Made by a program: the position numbers and the translations under genes | In this document: positions 50,912 through 60,526 of the stretch, one piece after another | Position numbering within the stretch: the first letter of the stretch is position 1 | How the letters are laid out: every line of letters begins with the position of its first letter | The notes under the pieces: model-generated | What the model saw: only the letters and a program-made list of their open reading frames with translations | Told to the model about the DNA's origin: nothing | The model's database searches: none | Source: Bacteroidales bacterium | GTDB taxonomy: Bacteria > Bacteroidota > Bacteroidia > Bacteroidales > UBA932 | Assembly: GCA_024401895.1 (NCBI GenBank) | Contig: JAKSKE010000002.1 | Span: forward strand, 373 to 64,372 | Reading direction: 5' to 3' | Length of the DNA: 64,000 nucleotides

Positions 50912-52729
50912 TTATTTCTGGCTGTTGCCTTCCTGCTGCAATGCGGCGAAAATGTATGTAAGTCCGGCAGTGCCATCCATTGTAGGTTCATTGCTGGCAT
51001 AGTCGTGAATGGTGTCGTGATATACGGCCTCTCCATTGTTGAATACTGCCCAGGGGTCTCCGCCACTTATTACGCCTCCGGCCCTCTCCTGGAAAAGCTT
51101 GCTGTAGATGGGACCGTCCACAAGACCGCCCCAGGTAGGCTGGCCGTTCTTGCTGGTATATGATGAATGGGTCTGGGTAGGATAGTCGTAACCGTCCCTC
51201 ATCTTGAACGGGATACCGGGAATCATTGTCGTTCCCCACGGGTTGCAGCCCAGCAACCAGTCGCGGAGAGCGGCTTCCATTTCACGGAAAGATTCATCGG
51301 CTGTGGCGCGACGGTAAAGCTGGGCGTGTGTCACAGCCGCCGAAGTAAGATTGTTTGAGCACCACAGGTAAGGGACACCGTGCAGGAAAGGCTCATTGCC
51401 GGCACGGTCCAGCATATCCTGAAGGCCCTGCTTCATATAGCCTGCAAACTCCTCGCTCACCTCTTTGTCGGCGCTCGAAGCCAGTAGGAAATGGCCCAGG
51501 TTGATGAACGGATACCACTGATAGTGATGATATTCCTTGCCGGGGCCGCGGCCTTTTTCCATCCAGGGGGAAACCGGTTCAAGTTCTCCCCAGTAAGAGG
51601 CCTGCTTCTTCCAGTATTCTTCGCCGTTGAGCGTGTACATTGTAGCGGCGGCAAGTTCCACGTCGTCCACCCAGGTATCCTCTTCATAGAAATACTTGGA
51701 AACCACGCAGGCGGTCTGGGTATTGCCCGGCTTTTCCAGCGCAAACTCGTAGGCCGGCTTAATCTTGGCCTCTATTTTCTCTGCAAGTTCGGGATACCAT
51801 TCCTTGATTACGTCGGCGCCCAGAGCAAAGGTCGAAGCAAATTTGCCTGCGGCCGATGAAACTCCGGTGGTACGGTTCACCAGCCCCCACTTGCGGCCGG
51901 CCACCTGAGGCTCGCCGCTCACAAAATATACCGGACGGCCCTGTCCCGGACCATAGCCGTAGTCGGCATTGTCGTCCTGCGGATAGCGCATTCCGCAATG
52001 GTCGCGGTCATCGCCTATCTGATAATACATTTCCCTGGGAGCAGGGTTCATCTTGTCGAGCCAGTCAAGGCCCCATTTAACCTCGTCCACGATGTCGGGA
52101 ATGCCGTTGGCACCCTTCTTTCCAAGAGCATCATATTCGTCCTTGAACACGCTCTTGTCCTTTGTATATTTATATGCAAACGCCATATGGTAGATGGTGG
52201 TGGACGAAGTGGTCATATACTGCAGATAGTCGGCAGCGTCGTGCCACCCTCCGGTAACGTCGATATGCTGCCCGTTCCTGGTGGGGTGGTACAGGATGTA
52301 TCCGTCGTGCTGATGGCAGCAGGCGTCGTTGTAGGGATTGTACCCGCAGCGCTGCTGTCTCATATATACAAGCAGATAGTCGGCAAGACCGTCATAAACG
52401 CCAGCCCCAATTTCGAAAACCGGAGATTTAACCCCGTTTGTCTCTATATAATACTCCCCTGCTGTCTCCACTGCCGAAAAATCGAGCCGCCAGGCACTCT
52501 TGAGGGCCCATTTCGAAGGGTCGGCCTTTACTCCCCTGCCCTTGAACACCGGCTTATTGTCAACGGCGCTGTAAACGGTGAACTTACCGTTGGTTTCCGA
52601 GGTGGATATAAGGACTGCAACCTTCACGTCCTTGGGCAGATAGCCGACCTGGTTGATACGGACCCAGGTTTGTGCGCCTGTGCTGAGGGCCAGCAGGCAG
52701 AATAAAATGGAAAATAAGACTTTTTTCAT
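50912..52729 (-). CDS. Secreted glycoside hydrolase family 9
   Basis: Signal peptide, RINQVGY, GGWHDAAD, LVDGP and NEPTMDG motifs. Confidence 0.88.
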   Translation of the reverse strand: MKKVLFSILFCLLALSTGAQTWVRINQVGYLPKDVKVAVLISTSETNGKFTVYSAVDNKPVFKGRGVKADPSKWALKSAWRLDFSAVETAGEYYIETNGVKSPVFEIGAGVYDGLADYLLVYMRQQRCGYNPYNDACCHQHDGYILYHPTRNGQHIDVTGGWHDAADYLQYMTTSSTTIYHMAFAYKYTKDKSVFKDEYDALGKKGANGIPDIVDEVKWGLDWLDKMNPAPREMYYQIGDDRDHCGMRYPQDDNADYGYGPGQGRPVYFVSGEPQVAGRKWGLVNRTTGVSSAAGKFASTFALGADVIKEWYPELAEKIEAKIKPAYEFALEKPGNTQTACVVSKYFYEEDTWVDDVELAAATMYTLNGEEYWKKQASYWGELEPVSPWMEKGRGPGKEYHHYQWYPFINLGHFLLASSADKEVSEEFAGYMKQGLQDMLDRAGNEPFLHGVPYLWCSNNLTSAAVTHAQLYRRATADESFREMEAALRDWLLGCNPWGTTMIPGIPFKMRDGYDYPTQTHSSYTSKNGQPTWGGLVDGPIYSKLFQERAGGVISGGDPWAVFNNGEAVYHDTIHDYASNEPTMDGTAGLTYIFAALQQEGNSQK

Positions 52730-52751
52730 ATTCTAACTTTGACTTCAATTT

Positions 52752-55019
52752 TTACTGTTTTGTCCAACGGTCCAGCCAGTCGAAGAATTCACGGTGCCAG
52801 AACATAGCGTTTTGAGGCTGGAGAATCCAGTGACATTCCTCGGGGAAGATTATGAGCTTGCTGGGAACCCCCATCATTTGCGCGGCGTTGAATGCGGCCA
52901 TACCCTGTTCGTATGGAATGCGGAAGTCCATCATACCGTGAATGCACAGGATAGGAGTATGCCAGTTTGTAATGCGGCTCTCGGGGTCGTGGGCGTAATG
53001 CTCGCGGGCCTTGGGAGTCACTGCGTAAGGAGCCCCGGCCTGCTGCATTCCGCCGAAGGTTATGCCGTCGCCTTTAGGGCCGGTCCGGCCCTCTTCGAAA
53101 GCGTAGGGAGTGAGTCCGCCGTTGTCCCAGTTACCGAACCAGGCCTCCTCGGTGGTGTACCACAGCTGTTTTTCATTGAAGATGCCGGCGTGGGAGATGA
53201 AGCAGTCGAACAGGTCGCCGTGTATTCCCATCAGGTTGTAAGCCGAGAATCCGCCGTATGATGCACCCACTCCGGCCAGCTTGCCGCACCAGGGCTGGCT
53301 CTTTATCCATCGGCCTGCGGCCAGATAATCCTGCATATTGAGACCCTGATAGTCGCCGCTTATCTGTTCTTTCCAAGGCTGGCCGAAGCCGCTGTTGCCG
53401 TGCCGGTTGGGCAGAATCACCACGTACCCCTGCTGGCACATCATCCTGAAATTCCAGCGATAGCTCCAGCTCTGGTCGAGCGGGGTCTGGGGGCCTCCGT
53501 TGAACATTTCGATTGCCGGATAGCGTTTGGCGGGGTCGAACTGCGGAGGGTAGAGAACCCAGCACTGAAGGTCTTCTGCGTTGCCGCCGGAAATAGTGAT
53601 GCTTTCCTGACGTATGGGGCTGAGCTGCTCGAGTATGCGGGTATTCTCGCTGGTGATTTGCTTGTAGCTGACCTCGCCGGCGGCCGATTCATTTACGGCA
53701 ACCAACTCGGTGGGGAACTCCATACTCTGATAGCTGCAGAGGATGGAAGTGCCCTCCTCGCCCTGCGTATATGCAAACGGAACCCCGAAGCCCAGCCACC
53801 AGCTGGCGGGGGTAATGCGTCGGATGCTTCCGGCCCCGTTTGCAGGAACGCTGCAAAGAGCGCACAGCCCGTCTATGGTTGAAGGGAATATGATTTGTCC
53901 ACAGTCCGGAGTCCAGAACAGGTCTTCGACATCGTAGATATAGTCCTTTGAAAGTTCCCGCACAGAGCCTACGCTGAGTCCGAAATTCTGTCCGTCGGCC
54001 GGCTGGGTCTGCGAAGCGACCGGAGCGACCATAAGCCTCTGGCGGTCGGCCTCATACCCGTCCCTTTCCATTGAAATCCAGGCGAGCGCAGTGCCGTCGG
54101 GGCTCCACTTGGGGTTGGTGTCATACCCGCCTTCGGAGGTTACCTCCATGGTAAGGCCGGTAAGGATATCGTAAATGTAGATATTGCTGCAAGTGCTGAA
54201 TGCATACTGCTTGCCTGTCTTTTTCCTGCAGCTGTAGGCGATATGCCGGCTGTCCGGAGCCCAGTCCAACTGCTCGGCTCCGCCGAAAGGCTCGGTGGGA
54301 AGTTCGAATCCCGGCTCTCCGGCAAGAATGTCCAGCGAATTGTCGGCAGTAATGGTGCCGTTGCCCAGGACAGCTACAAAGCTGCGGGGGGTGCGGGTAA
54401 CCCAGTGGTCCCAGTGGCGGTACATAAGGTCGGTGGCAACGTAGGCCTGAGCCTTGTCCAGTTCGGGATATTTGTCAGATGGAGCGGTCACGGGCCCCTG
54501 CACCGAACTTACGTACAGAATCTGACTCTCGTCGGGAGAAATCTTGAAATCGCTTATGCCGCAGGGAACATCGGAAAGTTTTTCCCTGCGACCGAGCTTT
54601 TTCCCGCGCAGCGGAGCCTTCCACAGCTGAGAGTCCATAAGGAAATATATACTCTTGCCGTCCTTGCTCCATCTTGCACAGCTGACGCTCTTCGCATATC
54701 GGGTAAGCTGCCGGGGCTTTCCCCCGTTGACGTCGCACACAAAAATATTACGGCAGCTGCGGTTCTCTTCAATGTCGGTATATGACACTCCGTACAGGAT
54801 GCTCGTGCCGTCCGGAGAAAGCTGAGGATCGGACAACCTTCCGAACGACAACAATACTCCGGGAGATAAAACTCCGTTCTCTACTACGGGCTCCTGGGGC
54901 CCGATGTAACCCTTTTCCTGGTCTCCTTTCATTCCAATAAACAATTTTCCTATTCCGTAACCAAGCGCAAAGCAAACGATTACCAGAACTGCAATAATGC
55001 CGATACGATATTTTTTCAT
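52752..55019 (-). CDS. S9 family peptidase (dipeptidyl-peptidase 5-like)
   Basis: Beta-propeller repeats (WSPDG), GGPQ, GASYGG, DFRI and ECHW catalytic motifs; N-terminal anchor. Confidence 0.88.
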   Translation of the reverse strand: MKKYRIGIIAVLVIVCFALGYGIGKLFIGMKGDQEKGYIGPQEPVVENGVLSPGVLLSFGRLSDPQLSPDGTSILYGVSYTDIEENRSCRNIFVCDVNGGKPRQLTRYAKSVSCARWSKDGKSIYFLMDSQLWKAPLRGKKLGRREKLSDVPCGISDFKISPDESQILYVSSVQGPVTAPSDKYPELDKAQAYVATDLMYRHWDHWVTRTPRSFVAVLGNGTITADNSLDILAGEPGFELPTEPFGGAEQLDWAPDSRHIAYSCRKKTGKQYAFSTCSNIYIYDILTGLTMEVTSEGGYDTNPKWSPDGTALAWISMERDGYEADRQRLMVAPVASQTQPADGQNFGLSVGSVRELSKDYIYDVEDLFWTPDCGQIIFPSTIDGLCALCSVPANGAGSIRRITPASWWLGFGVPFAYTQGEEGTSILCSYQSMEFPTELVAVNESAAGEVSYKQITSENTRILEQLSPIRQESITISGGNAEDLQCWVLYPPQFDPAKRYPAIEMFNGGPQTPLDQSWSYRWNFRMMCQQGYVVILPNRHGNSGFGQPWKEQISGDYQGLNMQDYLAAGRWIKSQPWCGKLAGVGASYGGFSAYNLMGIHGDLFDCFISHAGIFNEKQLWYTTEEAWFGNWDNGGLTPYAFEEGRTGPKGDGITFGGMQQAGAPYAVTPKAREHYAHDPESRITNWHTPILCIHGMMDFRIPYEQGMAAFNAAQMMGVPSKLIIFPEECHWILQPQNAMFWHREFFDWLDRWTKQ

Positions 55020-55060
55020 ACTATTATTTTAATCCTGCAAGATAACAATTTCCTTTCCCA

Positions 55061-55075
55061 TTCAGAAATTCTGAA
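55061..55075. promoter_or_regulatory. Inverted repeat TTCAGAA-A-TTCTGAA, candidate operator
   Basis: Perfect 7-bp arms in the peptidase/TetR divergent region. Confidence 0.4.
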
Positions 55076-55129
55076 GGCATTTTTTGAGTATTTTTTGAAC
55101 GATTTACACAAATATTCAAATTTTCTAAT

Positions 55130-55137
55130 TACCTTTG
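55130..55137 (+). promoter_or_regulatory. -7 promoter box (TACCTTTG) for the TetR-RND operon
   Basis: Consensus match 26 nt before the ATG. Confidence 0.6.
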
Positions 55138-55163
55138 CGTCCGCTTAACCCATTTTTACAGAT

Positions 55164-55760
55164 ATGGTTGACAAAGAAAAAATCAAAATCGAGATTCTGT
55201 GCGCCGCCGAGCGCCTGTTCGAAAGGTACGGCTACGACAAGACCACCATCGAGGACATTTCGGGAGAATCGAACAAGGCCAAGACGGCCGTATATTATTA
55301 TTTCCGGAACAAATCCGAGATCTTCCACAAAGTCATTGAACGTGAATTCCATCTGATTCGCGAAAATCTTACCGGCATAAGGGAGGGGAATCACTCCGAC
55401 AGAGTGGCCGAATTGAGCGAGTACCTGAAACAGCGGATGGAACTCATACGCGCCACTACGGTTTACAGCCGGTATCTGTCGCTCCAAAGGCAGGGCCGCC
55501 GGTCCGAAGCGCTTTCCATCATAAGCAACGTACGGGACGACTTCGACCGCTGGGAACGCGAGTACTTCGAGTTCATTTGCCGGGAGGGCAACAGCAAGGG
55601 CCTTTTCTCCGACAAAGTCCAGCCCGAGCCGTTCGGAGAAATGATGGTGATGCTGCTCAAGGGGCTGGAATTCCAGTTTGTGGGCTCGCACGACCCGGAT
55701 CTCTCCAAAACCACGTACGAAGAAGTATTGGACAGAATCCTTTTGGGATGCACAAAATAA
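55164..55760 (+). CDS. TetR/AcrR family transcriptional regulator
   Basis: AAERLFERYGYDKTTIEDI...AVYYYFRNKSEIF helix-turn-helix. Confidence 0.92.
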   Translation: MVDKEKIKIEILCAAERLFERYGYDKTTIEDISGESNKAKTAVYYYFRNKSEIFHKVIEREFHLIRENLTGIREGNHSDRVAELSEYLKQRMELIRATTVYSRYLSLQRQGRRSEALSIISNVRDDFDRWEREYFEFICREGNSKGLFSDKVQPEPFGEMMVMLLKGLEFQFVGSHDPDLSKTTYEEVLDRILLGCTK

Positions 55761-55766
55761 CAGCAA

Positions 55767-56384
55767 ATGAGAAAAACAAAAATTGCATTGATTGCGGCCG
55801 CAGCCGTACTCGTATCCTGCAGCAAGTCGGGAGCCGACATTTATCGCGGATACTATTCCTTCAAGACCGGAGGTTTCCTGGAGATTACCGGCAAAGTATA
55901 TGATATAGCGCGCGACACCATAAAGATTGACACCACCGTAGTCAAGCGCACCATAGCCGGACGCACCTTCAACGACACTACCTTTAAATATACCGTCATC
56001 AAAGACACCCTGGGCTCCAGGGATACCGTCTTCAACCGGTATCTGTCGGCCGAAAGCGGCCAGATGCACATTCTCGGGGCCGGCGGAAATTCCGTCAAGG
56101 TTACGATGAACGTCACCGGAGGCAACCCCGCCGTTTTCGACGGGACCGCCGGGGATGCCAGCATCTCCCTTCTGCCTGTAGTCCGGCAGGTGGGCATTCT
56201 GCCCGGCAATGACGACGAGGAAGACAAGAGCACTTATTTCCTTATGACGGTAAGCGGCAGCGGAAAGAAATACGAGAATATGGTCCTGTTCGACCTTGAC
56301 TACAGTGGCAAATACGATTATGCCGATATGTGCGGAGAAGTAACTTCGTCGTCGGTCAACTGCATAGCGACTAAAAATGAATAG
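55767..56384 (+). CDS. Lipoprotein of unknown function (beta-rich)
   Basis: Lipobox LVSC (Cys18); lies between tetR and the MFP gene with a 6-bp gap and an 8-bp overlap. Confidence 0.78.
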   Translation: MRKTKIALIAAAAVLVSCSKSGADIYRGYYSFKTGGFLEITGKVYDIARDTIKIDTTVVKRTIAGRTFNDTTFKYTVIKDTLGSRDTVFNRYLSAESGQMHILGAGGNSVKVTMNVTGGNPAVFDGTAGDASISLLPVVRQVGILPGNDDEEDKSTYFLMTVSGSGKKYENMVLFDLDYSGKYDYADMCGEVTSSSVNCIATKNE

Positions 56385-57405
56385 AATATTTACAGTCATT
56401 CTGGCGGCGGCTGTCCTTTGTTCCTGCCAGGGAAACAGTTCCATACTCCACCAGAAGAAAGAAAAATTACCCGTTCGCGTGAAGGTGCAGACAGTTGCAA
56501 GGTCTCAGGCACTCTGCCGCAACAGCTATATGGGAGAGGCCGTTCCAGTAAGGCAGGTAACGCTCACTGCCCCCTACCCCGGCACCCTCAAGAGCCTGGA
56601 GGTATGCCAGGGCAGCATTGTCGGGCAAGGCGAGGTTGTGGCCGTACTCAGTTCGCAGCAGGTGGAAAGTTCGTACAGCATAGCGCAGGCCAACCTCGAG
56701 CAGGCCAGGGATGCAATGGAGAGGGCCCGTCTGGTGTATGACAGCGGCACAATCACCGAGGTTCAGCTGATGGACATTGAAACCAAGCTGGAGAAAGCCG
56801 AGGCTTCTATGGCATCGGCCCGCAGGGCTGTGGAAGACTGTTCGCTCAAGGCCCCCTACCGAGGGGTGGTGAGCGAGGTGTACCCGTCGGCCGGGGAAGA
56901 TCTGGCTGCGGGGGCGGGAGTGGTGAAGATTACCGACATTTCCGGTTTCAAGATAAATATTCCGGTACACGAAAACGAGATTGGAGCCATTCGCACCGGA
57001 ATGCCGGCGCTGGCAGATATTCCGGCGCTGGGAATAAAGGATGCGCCGGCCCGGGTATGCGAGCGCGGCATACTGTCTTCGTCGTTGACCCACAGCTATA
57101 TGTGTTCCCTAAATATGGACCGTATCCCCCGCGGGCTTATGCCCGGAATGGCAGTGAAGGTCCGCTTCGAGAGTCTCGACAGCGAAAGCCGTATCGTAAT
57201 TCCCTCGGCGGCGGTGCAGATTGACGCCCGGGGCAAGTATGTCTGGGTGTCGGACTCCTGCACGGTAGCCAAGAGGCACATTGTACCAGGAGGTTATGCA
57301 GGAAAGGGAGTGATAGTGTCGGAGGGCCTGAAGGACGGAGACAAGGTTATAGTGGAAGGTTATCAGAAAGTATCTACCGGGATGAAAGTTACCGAGATTG
57401 AATAG
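56377..57405 (+). CDS. RND efflux periplasmic adaptor (membrane fusion protein)
   Basis: Lipobox, lipoyl halves (TAPYPG, LKAPYRGVV), helical hairpin, PGMAV and GLKDGDKVIVEG. Confidence 0.9.
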   Translation: MNRIFTVILAAAVLCSCQGNSSILHQKKEKLPVRVKVQTVARSQALCRNSYMGEAVPVRQVTLTAPYPGTLKSLEVCQGSIVGQGEVVAVLSSQQVESSYSIAQANLEQARDAMERARLVYDSGTITEVQLMDIETKLEKAEASMASARRAVEDCSLKAPYRGVVSEVYPSAGEDLAAGAGVVKITDISGFKINIPVHENEIGAIRTGMPALADIPALGIKDAPARVCERGILSSSLTHSYMCSLNMDRIPRGLMPGMAVKVRFESLDSESRIVIPSAAVQIDARGKYVWVSDSCTVAKRHIVPGGYAGKGVIVSEGLKDGDKVIVEGYQKVSTGMKVTEIE

Positions 57406-60400
57406 ATGAGGGACGTATTGAAAGATTTGAGCCAAAACGGCCAAAGCGGCATCACACTCGGAGCCATAGCTCACAAGAGGCTGGTGTACATTGTTGTTGC
57501 CGGTATGGTGGCTCTGGGCATAGTGGGGCTGGTGAATATGAACCGGGACGAATTCCCCACCTTCAACATCAAGCAGGGGCTGGTTGCGGCCATTTACCCG
57601 GGAGCCACGGCCGAACAGGTTCAGGACCAGCTTACCGCACCGCTCGAGGAAGTGCTTTTCTCTTTCCCGGAAGTTGACCGGGCAACTCTCAAATCCTATT
57701 CCAGGGACGGGATATGCTACATTTACGTAGATCTCACCTCCCCCGCCGGAATGAAGGATGAGGTGTGGTCCAAGATAAAACTGAGGCTGGACGCCGCCCG
57801 TCTGACCCTGCCGTCGGAAGTTGCCGCCGTGGTGGTTCTGGACGACTTCAGCGAGACCAGTTCCCTGCTCATCGCAATGGAATCGGAAGACAAAGGTCCG
57901 GGCGAAATGCGCGAATATGCAAAAGCTCTTTGCGAGCGTCTGCGGCAGATTCCCCAGCTCGCAAAGGCCAGCATAATAGGCGAACAGGAAGAGGAAATTG
58001 CCGTAAACCTGGACGCCGACCGGCTGTCGGGCTACGGAATAAGTCCGCTCACACTTATGCTGGATTACAAGACTTCTACAATGAACGCGTCGGGAGGCAC
58101 CTTCAAGACCGACTACGCCTGCTCTCCCATACATATCAGGAACACTGTCACCTCTGAGCAGGAGATCGAAGACTACCCCGTATTTTCGGGGCCCGACGGC
58201 CACAGCCTCAGGCTCAAGGACGTAGCAAGCGTGCAGCGGCGCTATACGCAGGACCAGCCCTCGGTTTCGTACAACGGAAACACGGCCATTATTGTAAACG
58301 TCTCTATGAGAAATGACAACAATGTGGTAAGCTTCGGAAAGAAAGTTGACAAGGTTCTGAACGAATTTTCAGAAGAACTGCCCGATTCGGTAAAGATGAG
58401 CCGTATCACCGACCAGCCGAAAGTGGTGCGCTCCTCTATTATGGGCTTCCTCCGCGACCTTCTGATTTCGATGCTGGTGGTAATTGCAGTGATGCTTATG
58501 CTGTTCCCAATACGCTCGGCCCTCATTGCAGGTTCGGGAGTTCCGGTCTGCACCGCCATCACCCTGGCGGTTATGTACCTGACCGGTATGCAGCTCAACA
58601 CCGTAACCCTCGGCGCCCTGATAGTAGTGCTTGGAATGATAGTCGACGATTCCATAATAACTATGGACGGCTATATGGAAAAGCTTGGCAGCGGGATGGA
58701 AAAGCATTCGGCCGCAATTGCCAGCGCCAAAGAGCTGTTCCTGCCAATGTTTATGGCCACCTTTGCCATAAGCGCAATGTTCTTCCCCACCAAGGGGCTC
58801 ATTACCGGTTATCTGGGCGACTTCATAGAATCCTTCCCCTGGATAATAGCCATTGCGCTGGGATGCTCCCTGGCTTACGCAATGCTGGTGGTTCCTTCGC
58901 TCGAAGTGCGCTTCATTTCCCACGCTTCGCCCTCACAGAATGCCATTACCCGTATGCAGAGCAGGTTCTTTGCCTGGATGCAGAAAATCTATGACAAATG
59001 CGAGCTGTTCTGCTTCAACCACTCGGCCCTCACCGTGGGCATCGGGGTCACCGCAATCGCCCTGGGCATTCTTATGTTTATGCAGCTCAACATTCAGATG
59101 CTTCCCAAGGCCAACCGCGACTGTTTTGCAGTGGAGATAACTCTCGACCACAACTCGTCCATAGCCAGCACTGCGCAGTTGAGCGATTCTCTTACCAACA
59201 TTCTTCTGTCTGATCCCAGGATTAAGTCGGTAACCGCCTTCGTCGGAGAGTCGGCGCCCCGTTTCCACAGCACATACGCTCCGTCGCTGCCGGGAAACAA
59301 CATTGCCCAGCTTATCGTGAACACCACTTCCAATAAGGCCACGGTGGAATACCTGACCCAGAAGGAAGACGAATACGAGCACCTTTTCCCAAACGCCCTC
59401 ATTCACTTCAAGCAGCTCGACTACCAGGGAGACGGGTCCATAGACATCAAGTTCCACGGAGCGCCCCTGGAAGAGCTTCTCCCCTTTGCCGAAGAATTGC
59501 GCGACTATATGTACGGAATGAGCGATATGCTCAAATGGGTGCACAGCGACTGCGATGACCTTATACCAGGTATCGGACTCGACATAAACCAGGACGAAGC
59601 TTCTCGACTGGGAATAAACCGGACTCTGCTGTCGCTGGCAACTACCGGTTCGTTCGACGGCTATCAGGTGGCCACCCTGTTCGAGGGAGACAAGAAAATA
59701 CCCGTCAACGTTTACAATAGCGGCCTGACCGCCGATATGGACTATCGCGACATAGGCTCTATGCTGGTACCCAGCCTTACTCCCGGGGTTTCTGTTCCCG
59801 TTTCACAGGTAGCTTCCATAAACCCTGAATGGTCTCTTCCCCAGCGCCCGCGCTATTGCGGCGAAGAGGGCATAAGTGTATATGCCGATATGAAAATGGG
59901 TAAAAGCGAACCTGCGGCAATGCGCATCATACGACAATATATACAGGATAACATTGTACCACGCCTGCCCCAGGGGGCAACGATAACATACGGCGGCCTT
60001 TCGGCGTCTAACGACACCGTCTTTCCTCAGATAGCCTTGAGTTTCGTGGCCGCCGTTTCTATCCTGTTCCTATTCCTGCTCTTCCATTTCAAGAAGCTGA
60101 GTATCGCAGGACTCACGCTGCTGCTCAGCCTGCTGTGCCTGTTCGGGGCTTCCCTCGGGCTGTGGCTGTTTGGGATGGACTTTACCATTACGGCGGTACT
60201 GGGACTCATAAGCCTGGTGGGAATAATAGTGCGAAATGGAATAATAATGTTCGAGTATGCCGAAGACCTCAGGTTCGACAAAGGCGTGGACGTGCGCACC
60301 GCCGCCATCCTCTCTGGACAAAGGCGAATGAGGCCCATCTTCCTTACATCCTGCACCACCGCCCTTGGAGTGCTTCCTATGATTCTTAGCGGAGACCCGC

Positions 60401-60522
60401 TATGGATGCCGATGGGGCTGGTGATAGCCTTCGGAACAATGCTCTCCATTTTCCTCATAGTACTGGTAATGCCTGTTTCATATTGGCTTATATTCAAGAA
60501 TGCCGACAAGAAAAAGATTTGA
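57406..60522 (+). CDS. RND efflux permease subunit
   Basis: 1038 aa with YPGATAEQV, GMIVDDSI, IVRNGI and RMRPIFLT motifs. Confidence 0.93.
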   Translation: MRDVLKDLSQNGQSGITLGAIAHKRLVYIVVAGMVALGIVGLVNMNRDEFPTFNIKQGLVAAIYPGATAEQVQDQLTAPLEEVLFSFPEVDRATLKSYSRDGICYIYVDLTSPAGMKDEVWSKIKLRLDAARLTLPSEVAAVVVLDDFSETSSLLIAMESEDKGPGEMREYAKALCERLRQIPQLAKASIIGEQEEEIAVNLDADRLSGYGISPLTLMLDYKTSTMNASGGTFKTDYACSPIHIRNTVTSEQEIEDYPVFSGPDGHSLRLKDVASVQRRYTQDQPSVSYNGNTAIIVNVSMRNDNNVVSFGKKVDKVLNEFSEELPDSVKMSRITDQPKVVRSSIMGFLRDLLISMLVVIAVMLMLFPIRSALIAGSGVPVCTAITLAVMYLTGMQLNTVTLGALIVVLGMIVDDSIITMDGYMEKLGSGMEKHSAAIASAKELFLPMFMATFAISAMFFPTKGLITGYLGDFIESFPWIIAIALGCSLAYAMLVVPSLEVRFISHASPSQNAITRMQSRFFAWMQKIYDKCELFCFNHSALTVGIGVTAIALGILMFMQLNIQMLPKANRDCFAVEITLDHNSSIASTAQLSDSLTNILLSDPRIKSVTAFVGESAPRFHSTYAPSLPGNNIAQLIVNTTSNKATVEYLTQKEDEYEHLFPNALIHFKQLDYQGDGSIDIKFHGAPLEELLPFAEELRDYMYGMSDMLKWVHSDCDDLIPGIGLDINQDEASRLGINRTLLSLATTGSFDGYQVATLFEGDKKIPVNVYNSGLTADMDYRDIGSMLVPSLTPGVSVPVSQVASINPEWSLPQRPRYCGEEGISVYADMKMGKSEPAAMRIIRQYIQDNIVPRLPQGATITYGGLSASNDTVFPQIALSFVAAVSILFLFLLFHFKKLSIAGLTLLLSLLCLFGASLGLWLFGMDFTITAVLGLISLVGIIVRNGIIMFEYAEDLRFDKGVDVRTAAILSGQRRMRPIFLTSCTTALGVLPMILSGDPLWMPMGLVIAFGTMLSIFLIVLVMPVSYWLIFKNADKKKI

Positions 60523-60526
60523 TTCT

